A DNA stretch of 64,000 nucleotides from assembly GCA_964304625.1 (NCBI GenBank), contig OZ199839.1, positions 10,465,186 through 10,529,185 of the forward strand. The letters run 5' to 3'. The position numbers were made by a program, and so were the translations under genes. Shown one piece after another: positions 1-12,500 of the stretch. The notes below the pieces were generated by a model, which was given only the letters and a program-made list of their open reading frames with translations, was not told where the DNA came from and ran no database searches. Each line of letters starts with the position of its first letter. The stretch's first letter is position 1. Source of the DNA: Kudoa neothunni. Lineage: Eukaryota > Animalia > Cnidaria.

Positions 1-413
1 TTGTTATATGTATTTATTAAATTAAAACTTTGATACAAATATTATTTTAGTAAATATTCTCATCCGTTGCAATAGCCACCACCCCAAAAAAATAAATTGT
101 TTGTTTGCGCAAGAAAGTTACCTCCACGAGTAGTTAGGTGAAGTTCTTACGCTTGTTTACATGCAACTCTCAACTTTCTTGAGATTACAATAAGATTACG
201 AACAACCTGTCTTCTATTATACTTTTATTCGTATGAATGAGTAAGTGCTACATGTCATTCATATATCTAAATTATTGAATATGACCTAACTAAAGCATAT
301 TAAAGAATTATCTTCATTTATGTTATTCATATGATTAATTTTACGTATTATACAATAACAAAGTGAATTACTAAATTACTTTATTATCTTAATGTTGAAA
401 CAATAGACACTTA
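1..413 (+). repeat. Upstream tract identical to 17898-18310; diverged homolog at ~49080-49370
   Basis: Offset 17897; no difference seen until 414 (tatagctatcgc... vs acattatcgg...). Probable promoter/5'UTR region. Confidence 0.9.
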
Positions 414-485
414 TAGCTATCGCATAATAATTATCGGTGAACTTAATAGAACTACATTTAAAGTATCCATTGATAGTGAGAAATC

Positions 486-543
486 ATGGATAAAATTATT
501 ATTTTTTTTACAATATTGATGTACAACGTGAAGAAAATTTCAC
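486..543 (+). other. Signal-peptide-like first coding exon (MDKIIIFFTILMYNVKKIS; MDKIIIFFTILIYSVKEIS in B and C)
   Basis: ATG, basic residue, hydrophobic core and a phase-1 GT donor; 58 nt in all three copies (18369-18426, 49423-49480). Confidence 0.7.
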
Positions 544-3500
544 GTAAATAAAATCAAACAATTTATCAATAATATGGATATACTTCTCAATAATTTTTAT
601 AAATTCTTACTATTTCGTTAGTTGATCCAACAAAATCTTGTGATCTTACTGCAAAATACAAATATGGTCTGGATATAATTGAATTAAGTTTGATACTACC
701 TGCACCTAAAGAAACGATCGAAGCAAGTTGGCAACTTAGTCACAGTGTTACTGGAAGAGTAGTCAAATATTCCAGAAATAGTTCATTAGGATGTGTATCA
801 AAATACTGCAAAATTCTCATGTTTGATGTGGATCGAACACAACCTTATTTTTTCAATATTACAACCAACAAATGTGAAAATATCCCATCCTTAAAAATTG
901 ACAGCGGTAATTATACACACTCTCTTATTAAAACGCAATTCGTTAAAATTACTTAAAGATCCAATGGATATTGACATAGTATATCGTCGAATAACACCAG
1001 CAGACGTAATGTTCGAAAATGAATTATTTTCTTTTAAAAATTTCCATTGCCAACTTTTCAAAATTGATTCATTATACGATTCGAAGAAACTTATTGGAGA
1101 GAATGACTTTGTGGACATTCAAGGAAAAGAAGGAGAGTGCGAAAAAATGATCATAGGACTAAACGAGGGGAAGCTTTATAAATATGCTCTTCGTATAAAA
1201 AATATATCAAATAAAGTTATAGTGAACATCAAAAGTATGTTACTTTTATATATTTTAATATATAAAAGATTTTAAACATAAAAGACAGAATTTTGTTTAA
1301 TGTGCATATTTTATATAGTTTTTTTTCATAATTAATTGTCACGTCGATTACATGTATATGCCATGGGTATTTACTCAATGTGTACCATCTACATTTGTGA
1401 AAAGAGCAAGTTTTAAACAAATATTATTTTAATTTCTATGTTTAAATCGACACAATTAATTTAAAAAAAGAGTAAATAAAATATTTTGATATAATTACAT
1501 TTATAATAAAACTGAAATCATTTAATTATAGAAATAATCAGTTTCATTGCATTTTATATAATGAAAAACAAAATAGATTGTATTAATTTTGTGTTCTATA
1601 TTTAGTTAAAATTAAAAGTACGGATTGAGAATTATGTTAAATTTATTAAAAATTATAACTTAATTATAAATTCAAAATTTTAATATAATCAAAGGGAATG
1701 TGTTATAATTGATATTTAGTAATAAAGATTTAAATTAATATTTGATTAATTAGGTCAGAAGTTCATGATATTGGATTATTAGATGACGCTTTATAGTATA
1801 AAGAATCGCCAAACGTTAGAAATAAGAATTTGTAAATAATTTTAGTATGGTCCAAATTTTCAAATAATAATAGAAATAATTATTAAAAAAATTTTTAAAA
1901 ATAAGCACATCAACATTTAACAGCTGGTAATTATACCACTACGAAATATGTAGGGCAAAGGTGTATTAATTTGGACAATAAAAATGAATCGTAGCAAGTT
2001 ATCATCGAGGTATATAGTTATTGTTATTTTTGGATCTCTCTAAAATTATCGGAATTTCAACTGCGATTATCATAGTCGTTAAAAGGATATTTAAAAGAAA
2101 AGTTTAATTTAGTTCTTACAAGTTGATTGAAAAAATCAATATATTTTTTACACTCTAAAAATGTTTTTCTACGATAAGATATTCTCAGTTCCGTGCGATG
2201 CTGGACAATTCGCGCTAATTGAAACAACAATAAACATCTCTCTGCGGCTAACGTTTGTATAGAAAATTTCTGAAATAATTATACATGTATAAGTTAATAT
2301 TTTACAAATATTTTTCGAATTTATAGAAATAATTTTAGTTTTGAATTTATAGATCATTTAATTTTAACAAAAATCACTCCAATGTAACGATCTCCCAGCA
2401 AATATTAAACCTATTTTTTTACTAAGGCAACATTATTTTCATGTAATAAATATACCATGGTGTAGGCTTAATTTACAAAAATCTACTAATAATATTGCAA
2501 AATACACAAATATTGTAAAATTAAACTTAACATTATTTTATACAATATTTTAATAGAAAATTTTAGATGAATTTTCTCTAGATTTTTCAGTCGTAATATC
2601 ACAATTTTAACATAAATGACTTACTAACAATTGTGCACTTGCTTTTGGGGAAAAAATTTTTAATTTGTTTAGTTTCCTATAATAAATGCTGGAATGTTTA
2701 TTTTTTTTATTTTTTTATAGAGGAACATCCAATGAAAAACTTTATAGAGAATGGTGGATTTGTTTTCTATGTAGCTTCAATTGATGTCGAGAATTCACAA
2801 TACAGCCTCTCATTCTTTCTAATCCATCGATATACCTTCTCATATCCTATTTTCATAAGACAGTGTAAGGAAGCAACTGGTAGTGATTTAGGTTTTAGAC
2901 TTCCAAATAAATCAGAAATGTTTTTTATTGTTAAATTTAATGAACAAAAATATGAACCACAACAATTTTTCATTGGTAAATCCCCCTCATAAATTACGAA
3001 AAATCAATTTTCATTTATTTAGAATTATCATCCGATGATTTTTCAAAATTTGAAACATTAGATCATGTTATTATTAAGTTGATTAAAAACGATAAAGCCG
3101 AGGAAATAAGTTATACCGTTGAGGAAAATGAGAATAAAAAGATTATCAATGTATTCAAATGTCACAATATGGATCGATCCGGTTGTATTGGTTATAAAAA
3201 CGATGATGGATCATACCTTTTTGAAAAAAATCTCAAAAAATCATATAAAATACACATTCAAACAACTGAACCAAAAGAACATTCGTTTCAGATTCATTGG
3301 AGTAAGATATCAATATTATAAACAATAACTGTTAACTTTTCAAATGAATCAACACTCTAAGTATTGTAACTTATTTTATCGATATTATTAAATTATCTGA
3401 AATATAAGTATTTTCCCTTTTATATGACCCAATATCTTTGTTGTTTAACTGATTGGTGATTTGAAATAATGTAAATTAAATGTAAAGATTGTACCTTTAT

Positions 3501-6500
3501 TGAGTTAAAGTGTTACATTCAAAATCGATTTAAAAAGTTTTTAAATCACATTACAAAATGATGTTCTATACAAGATAAATTGATTAAATACGAACATGAA
3601 ATTATTATTATTAAGTTATCCAGATATAGTAAAATTGAAATTTTTGATAAAAATCTACAAATATGATAAAATTATTTTATTATTTTTTTATATGAGTCAT
3701 TATTTTGTTATACCATGAATCTTTAAAGAAAACCTAAATTTGGACATTATACATTTTAGCTAATGAAAGCAACCCAATATTATATGGGAAAATATATGAT
3801 TAGAAACGTACAATTTTAAAAATATTTGAAATTTTAATTAACATACAATAGGTAACCGATGTTTCGTAATTACTTCAGGACCGTCCAAAAAATGCGAAAA
3901 ATCGCTTACATACTCTAATTTAAAAATTAAATTGGCGCATCTATTGATATAGATTTGCATAATCGCTATTTCACACTGTTGATTGACATCAGATCTAAAA
4001 TCCTCCCATCTATCTCCACTTTGAAATAATTTTTTAAAATTAACATTTTCTAATTTTTATCACTTTAATATCAAACTTTTGATAAATTTAAATTTTAGAT
4101 CCTCACAATATTACTTTCCATCATTACATTGAGTCTGACATTTTACATATTTGGTCTAATATAAAAGATGAGTGGGGACTGTTGTGTGATTATTATATGA
4201 TCAGAATGAATGAGGTCGGCGAAGAATATAATAATGCGGCTACATACAACGCTTACGATGGAACAAACAAAAATAATTTCAAATCATGCTCAAAGCACTC
4301 TATACCAATTACAAATGTTGTTCCACACACATTATTCATTTGGATTCCTGAATTAAACTATATAGATCAAATTAGAAATTGTATTTATTATTTGAAGGTC
4401 ACCATATTTAAAAAATGACTAATAAATTTCCTAGTGTATGAAGAATCTCAAATTATTATTGAAAGCAACACGAACACCTTTAATTTAAAATCAAAAGACG
4501 GATTTCTGACCGATAAGATGTGTAATTTTAAAATTAATGATCAAGAGTCAACTGTATTTGGACAATGCGAAAAAACACAAATTCCAAACCCTGCAGAAAG
4601 TGACAGCTGGACAGTTAATATTCATATTCTAGATTCGGAAATATATTTGGTGAAGAACGTAATACTTGGTAACTATATTATTAAATTTTATTAAAGTACA
4701 ACATTTTTAGAACAATCTAATGAAAACATTAATGTTAATACCAACCATGAAATGATGCAACTAACTCTTACAGAAACAATAAATCAACAGGATATATCAA
4801 AAATTGAAATTAACAAAATTAGAAATCAAAAAATTGGTGGATTAATTTTTGGTTATAACAAAAATGGAAATGATAACAAAATAACTTTAATACCGGATTC
4901 AAATATTCTCTCTATACCATATGTATTTGATCCTCATATTTTTATAAAAATCAAAAAATCTGATGAAACCGTAATTTCGAAAGTGATAAATATTGGTATT
5001 TTACATTATATAAATATATTCTTTTATGGTGATTAATAGGTTTCCCTAAACAGTCCTACAAGTTTTCATATGAATCAAATGATGTCAGCGTTATACCAGA
5101 AAGAAAATATACAGATGGAAAAGTTTGTAGATTTAGTGTAAAAACTGCAAATATTGATAAGTTGTCAAATGCAAAAGTATATTACGGTGATTGTTCTAGA
5201 AGTATTCAGTTTCGTGACCTGAAAAAAAACAGTCATTTAACTGTTACACACGATGGCCAAACATTGTACAATGGGTCTTTTTATGTTGGTAGAAATCTGA
5301 TCGAAGGAATACACTACGAATTAGGAATGATTAAAATTATGCACAACCTGGATGTAATCAATGAAAATAATTGCCAATATTCTTTTTCGTCCAAAAATTC
5401 CGACGAAAAAGATTTTAGCGTTTCAGCCAGTTGCAATGGAAACAATTCAGATTGTACATCAACCATAAAGAATAATGGACCATCATTTGATATCGAAAGA
5501 AACAAACATTACAAATACGATTTGACTTGCGGTGAATATACGGATAGCATTGAATACGGCCCCAGTAATATGTTCTATTAAAGAATGAAATATTCTGAAA
5601 TGTTTTTTAGTCCCAATATCTTCTGTTTGGAGATATACGTGGGATGGTACTATTTTAACCTTTTACAGCTCACTTGAAGAGATTGGCTCATCAGATGTCA
5701 AGTGCACCTACGAATTGTTTGCGTTCAATTACAACAACAACAACAAAAATAAAATCGCAAGTGAAGATTCTATAAAATGTGATAAAATTTCGTATAATAC
5801 CTCAGAAATTCCAAATATAAATGAAGTTAATGAAATAATCCTGGAGGTAAAAATTGTTGGAAATCAAAACACTGACTCCTACAAAATAAGTATATACATT
5901 TATGACTCATTGATGAATTGTAGAATTTAGACGAACTTAATTTTTATTAAATGATATATTTTACATAGGACGTGGTGATATCAACAATTTTCACGTTGTA
6001 GAGGGTGAATATGCTAGGAATAGAATAAAGAATCTGTTCAAAAGTTCTTATCAAAAAGATGAAATAGCGGATGCATGGTATTCAAGCAGGATTAATGAGG
6101 GAATCGTAGAGTGGTATTTTAACAGATCAAAGGATTACGATGTTCAGTCTGATGAAAATAATCAAATCATACTGTATCATAAAAATTATTTGGTCCATAT
6201 TTCGTCCATTGAAACTTTTACATATCCACATTACATGAAATTCTATTATCCTGAAAAAGAGAACGTGATTTAAAATATATTCAATTAAAATATAACTAAA
6301 ATATGATGTAGGAAAATGTTATCCACAAGCAAGTTAAAGATGGATTAAACTCAAAAATCACACATTATTTTCAAAAGGGCGACCTCACCAAAGAAAGAAT
6401 TCAAATCGAGACTTATCAGAATTATACATTTATTCCCTCGGCCCATGTTACAGTTGGCTCTAATTGTGATCATGAAAAATGCGAAGATTCATCCTGGGAA

Positions 6501-9500
6501 GCATTAGAACATGTCATAAAGCCAGACGAAGTGGTGAAAATTTGTTTTGTTAAAGACGGCAATGCTCTATATTGTAAAATATTTCAATCAGGTATTTGAA
6601 AAGTTTCGAAATTTTTTTATCTATTTGTTTGATTGGGTACATTTAAATTGAGTACTTTTTTTGTAATATGTCAATTATAGTTATCAATAATTGAAAAAAA
6701 ATAGTCGAGTAATTTTAATAGCATAAATTTATATGATCCAACATTAAACTTCTTAAACCAGGTTCTTCAATATATTCAAATAATATTATTTTTTATATTC
6801 GTCTAATAATATATTTTAGTAAAATTAATTATATTTAGATCTTCAATTCAACAAAATGAGATTATTATCCTACACGATCGATGACGTATCGATTGAAGTA
6901 TCAATTGATCCAAATATTGAACTGAAATGCACTTACATGTTCCAACTCAAAAATAAAATATACGAGCAAGTCTCTTGTTCTTGTGATAACAAATCAGCTC
7001 TTACCATTACTTGTTCCACCTATAATGTGGTTATATCCAATTCACAAGATAACAATTATTACTATGCTGAAATCCATAATAAAGAAGAAGTAATCGGCCC
7101 ATCGAGACTTCCATTCAGTAAAAAACTAGGTTAGTAAATATTTCATCATTATAAAAAATTTTTATATTACATAATAGCTATAAAGAAAAAAATTGATTAC
7201 CTCACTGTTGGTAATAGTGATAAATCGTTAGTTTTGAAAAATGCTAACAAATATTGCTACTTGGAAGGAAATTTAGAGGATGATACAATAAATTTTAACA
7301 AAAATACATGTTTTGAAATTAGCAAAGAAAGGTGCTCGGGCGATTCTAATTGTGATTATATTTCAGTAAATGTTTCCGAAAATGACGATATAATTTCTGT
7401 CGGTGACAAGTCAATCAGTAATGCAATGTTTAGAGATTGTAACCATAATATGTGAAAATTTGTTCAATAATTATTATTTGTAGCGGTTTCCAAAACAACT
7501 GAAACTGAACCTATTCTATTATACACTAGAACTATCTATTTTGATCATGCGTTATATTTGACTGGTGTGAGCATAAATAACACTCCAGACCAATTTACTA
7601 AGACAATTTTAATAACGGTTCCAACCAACGAAAACAAACTTGCCGAAACAAGTGTGGAAATCAACATAAAATGTGTTGACTACTTTTGTGTTGGAGGACG
7701 TAGCGACATTGATAGGTATCACCAAAAAGATATAATAGTTTCCTTAGAAAATAAACGAATTACAACAAGAACCGGAATATGTAATTATTTTTTGTTTTTA
7801 TTTCATAAATTAGTGAAATAGGTGAATTTAAGTACGATGTTCGGATATTCTTCGATAATAATTCTGTATCTTATACTTTCATTCTTGACGTCAATGTGGA
7901 CAACCTCAAAATAAAAATATCTTATATTACAGAAAATTTCGTTACGTGTTCTGCTGGTTTATTTAATGAGCTGCAATGCGATAAGGGAATTTGCAAATTG
8001 AGAGAAGAGATTCCGAAAAATTGTGGTCGATTTAAGTATGCTGATATATACGTGAATAACTTCGAAATTCCGCGCCGAGTTTCTGCAGGTAAATTATTTA
8101 TCTACCTATGGGCTTTAATAATATAAATAAATGTGATAATTTCTATCTTAAAGGAATTAATGTAAAAAAATTATAAAAAAATAAATACTTATTATAATGC
8201 GTCATATTTCATGCCCGAAAATGAAAAATAACATAGGTAACTGGTTTCGCGCACTATTTTAGTAAGCAAGAAATAAGTGCGTCCAAATGGTCACACCCGG
8301 TTCTGCACACTCGTTATACGCACGAAGAATATTGGAAAATTTACTTTCTATTGACATGTATTCATTAAAAAATGTTTTCTTATAATTCAATAATTAAAGA
8401 TAAATATATTATTTTATAAATGTAAACAATAATAAATTTATACGAGAAAAATATTTTGTTATTTTAGTTGGTTTCATATGTTTGAAAGAATCCTGAATAT
8501 CGACTCTTCTGTTGTCCTCAAATAATATTATTATTATTGTCATGCATCTTAAAAAATAATTTTAACCCTTCTAAATATTCTAAAGTCCCTTTAACCTGAT
8601 AATTTTTTTGCTGAGGAATTCACCTTCACTGAGTGTAACACAACATCAATATAAATCTTAATGATTTAACTGAAAATAAAAATATCGAATATTTAGCTAG
8701 TGTCTAGTATTTGATCATTTCGGTCATGTCGTTAGTAATCGAATTATCAGCAACTTTTTCATCATTAACAACTAATAAATTATCCTGCGTTGGGTCAGGT
8801 CTTAGAGAGGAAATTCTACTTGTTTAGACACTTTGTAACTGTATATTTAGAAACTTTCCTCAAGTTTTTTAATTAAACACATTGTTTCTTAAACGTTCGG
8901 AGGAGTTAGATCTATTCACATTTCAGCACAAGAAATGAAACTGTCATTGACTTATTGCGGAATAATTTGAGGAAATGGATGATCCCCTGGTCCAACGACT
9001 GAAAACCGCTAATAGTGTTCTTAGGGGAAATGCTAATTTAACGTTCGAAAAATCTTTTCGTTATTTAATAAAATTATCGTTAATTTTTTAAATGTCTCCT
9101 AAGATAACATCCTTAACCATGTAATCCTTTTTGTAAGATTCGAATAAAAGCGCTCTTCTTAATATTTTTTAAGAAACGTACTTTATTATTGGGCCAAATT
9201 AACAATAGATCCAGCTGTTCTCAAATTAAAAACTCTCCTTATAAAATAAAAAAATTTTGGATTTTTTAATCCTTGTTGTATTGTTTTCGGGTAAAGAAAC
9301 AAACTACAAAGGTTGACGGACGACATGTAATACTTTGAATTCTGGGAAAAATGCGAATTAGATAAAAATGCGTTAAAATTCTTGTATTTATTGTATTTTT
9401 GTCAGAAAATTGTTTTGAAGGCGTAAAAACTCAATTGAATTAATTTTATAAACTTGGGCTTATGTAATGCGCTCGACAAGCAGTAAATTCTGTATGAAGT

Positions 9501-12500
9501 AGCAAGGTGCGTATTAGCAATAATCCGTTGTATTATCTTAAAAATTACCATAAAATAGAATTATCAATATTTGCTACAATAATTTCGATAGAGCTAACCC
9601 ACTTCATCAATAATCTAAATATATCCTCCGAATATCTCCCACAAGGCGTTCTAATTTTAGATATCCATTCATCAGTAATTTTGAGACAGGCATCGCCAGA
9701 TTAGTCATAAAAACTGACTTATTTAATATTTTATCTTGTTTAAGAGAAACTATCCAGGGGTTGCAATTGATGCCGATTTCTTACGTTGAGCAAACTCACT
9801 TCTTTATAAATAAGGATCGTAATTTTTGATTATAATCGATTTTAGTCGTCGATTTTTTGAAGGTAAACGTCAAAACTACGATCCTTATTTATAAATAATA
9901 TTCGCGGCACTCAGTTAGATCTTTTTGTTGCTTGTTTGACAGATTCATTCGCATACATCTTTAATGAGATTATTATATACCTCAGTATTAAAATATTTCT
10001 TTTTTTATAGTATAAATCATCTTCATAAATTTGAAATAATTTTCTCTCAGCCTTAACTCTTTAAAGTCGTAAATGAAGATAAATTAACATTCTTGGTGGT
10101 AACGGCTTTCGCACCTTTGGGTGGAAGACTATCATAATATTTTTTATCATTTTTCTGTTATAATTTTGATTCTTACTACCATTCCAATTATTGAAACAGA
10201 CAACAACGAAATTATTAACAAATTCAGTTCTAATGAAGTTCCTGAACTGACAATCATGTGGCATACTTATGTTATTTAACACCTTTATAATTTTAATTTT
10301 TAATATAAACCGATAAAGCTGACTTAAAAGGACGTTATTAAATGAACATTTCGCCGTTTAGCCGAAATAAGTATCATTAAGAAATGCTTGACAACAATTA
10401 CCTACTGCAGACATGAAAATCGATTAATATTCTATATGTTAACAAACTCTAAGATCAAGTTTATCAACCTTCCAGTATAAACCAATAATACTTTTATCAA
10501 ATAATGGTTTAAATTATTTTCTTTAATTTAAAATAAAAATTTTTTATGTATATATATATATAGGTCAAAGAAAAGAAACATTGGTGGATTATTCGCCAGA
10601 CAGCGGAAACTTGAAAATAAAACTTAGGCTGTTAGAGAAAGCTAGCTCTGATATATCAAATACATATATAGTTAAACAAGGAGTTGAAGCTGAACAGAAA
10701 ACACAATTAGGCCTAGATGATTGCAATGAGGGAGTTTGTACCATCACATTAACCGGCATTGACCCCAAAAAGGAGTTTGCGATTAGACGTGAATATGAAT
10801 CCCCATATAAATATGGATATTACTTACTGATAAGTAAGATATGAATTTTTTAAATCTTTGTTATTTTTCGACTATAGAAAATTACTCCTATGATTATGAA
10901 TATTCTAATGAAGGAAATAACATGAAAATAATGCTTATAATTAAGGAGAACGTCGATCCAATTATTATCAGTGGTTATAAAATTTTTTGCACGAGTATGA
11001 AAAACATTTTAAAATCGAGTGATGTCTCCGAACAAATTAGTTGTCAAGATAATAAATGTGAATTAGTCATCAATGATATTACTCTTACAGAAGATTGTTA
11101 TATTAGTATTTCATCTGAAATGCTTATTCCCCGAGATTTATCACTCAAAGGACGTAAGAATTATTGCGAGAAATATTCGAAAGTTATTAATTAAATTAAT
11201 TTAGCTTCTAGTCTGCTTAATGTCATGTCATCCACAAAAAATGTGGAAGAATTTACCGTTAGTTACAATTTGAAATTGAGAAAACATCTTACCAAGCTAT
11301 CATTTGAAATGAAATATACATCAAAAACTGACGACATCGCAGCTATTACAAAAAGTGGGGAAATGTCTTGTGAAAAGGGAATATGCAATATAAACATTAA
11401 ATTGAACGATTATTATTATCCTGGTACATTAACCTTATCATCGAAAATGCTCTCCGATTCTTACTCACATGATTTTTCTCCGCGTAAATCAAAATAACTG
11501 TGTATATATTGTTTCATATTCAAATTTTTAGCAAAGACAACATGTGAAATTAATCATGACATTAATGGATCAAAATTAACTATCACTTTTACACTTGAAA
11601 AACCATATAATTTGTTTCCGGCTAACGTGGAAGCCTCTTGCAGTGTCGATAAACGCTACAACGAATTTAATAATAAGAATATTCCAGTGGAAATAATCAA
11701 ATGCGATAACAAAAGATGTGAAACTACGTTTGCTTATGATTACTCAAAAGATTGTATTATTAGAGTGAACTCAGTAATATTTTCCAAAGAAAAATCTATC
11801 CAGATTGATAAAGGTAGATGTTTTTTAAGCTATAATCATTAAACTTTTTTAATAATAATTTTACAATAATTGAATATGTTAATGTATTTAGGAATATACC
11901 CTTATGATATTGCATATATTGAAGAAGGAAAAAACTTAAAGATTATGTTCATAATGGATAGAGAATTTGATAAAATTAATCTTGATAGTTACAAATTAAC
12001 GAAAGAAGATAATTCAACCATGATATCTTCCAGTGAATCCGCCAAAGAAATTACATGTGATAAAAATATTTGTGAGTTTACGATAAACAATGGCATTGCC
12101 GAGGATGACAGCTACCTTACATTTACTTCAAATATACTCATTCAAAAAACATTCAAAATATCTGGATGTATATATATTTATAATTGTTTGTTTCAAACGA
12201 AAACCATTTTAATCCTTAAATTAATTTAGCATCAAAAAAATTGGAAGTTATCTCGTTTTCTGGAGTAACTGATGGATTAGTTGTTAAGCTTAGTTGGAAA
12301 TTACGAAAGTACGTTCCATCGATACAATTAGGTATAGAATACCAAGTAAACAACATCAAAGAAAATTCTAACCTCGTTGAACCTAAAAATGAAGTTAACT
12401 GCAAAGAGGGTGTATGCACCATTGAATTTCCAATGAATGATTATTATTATCCGATAACAATATCTGTAACATCCGAAAAATTTTCTGTAGCCTATTCCCA

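Noticed and set aside
161-480. Alternative genetic code (TAA/TGA read-through) extending the genes upstream
   Set aside because: The spliced CDS reads openly in the standard code, and copy B has a frameshifting deletion in this region.
5924-5929. Possible 6-nt micro-exon (AG|AATTTA|GT in B and C) within the 79-nt intron 10
   Set aside because: The donor would be GA in copy A, the flanking introns (34 and 39 nt) would be shorter than any other here, and other 73-80 nt introns exist. Needs RNA evidence.
1235-10563. Dscam-like hidden alternative exons in the large introns
   Set aside because: No additional module-like ~280-nt phase-1 exons were seen; content is TE debris and AT-rich sequence. 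An HMM scan would be needed to exclude this fully.
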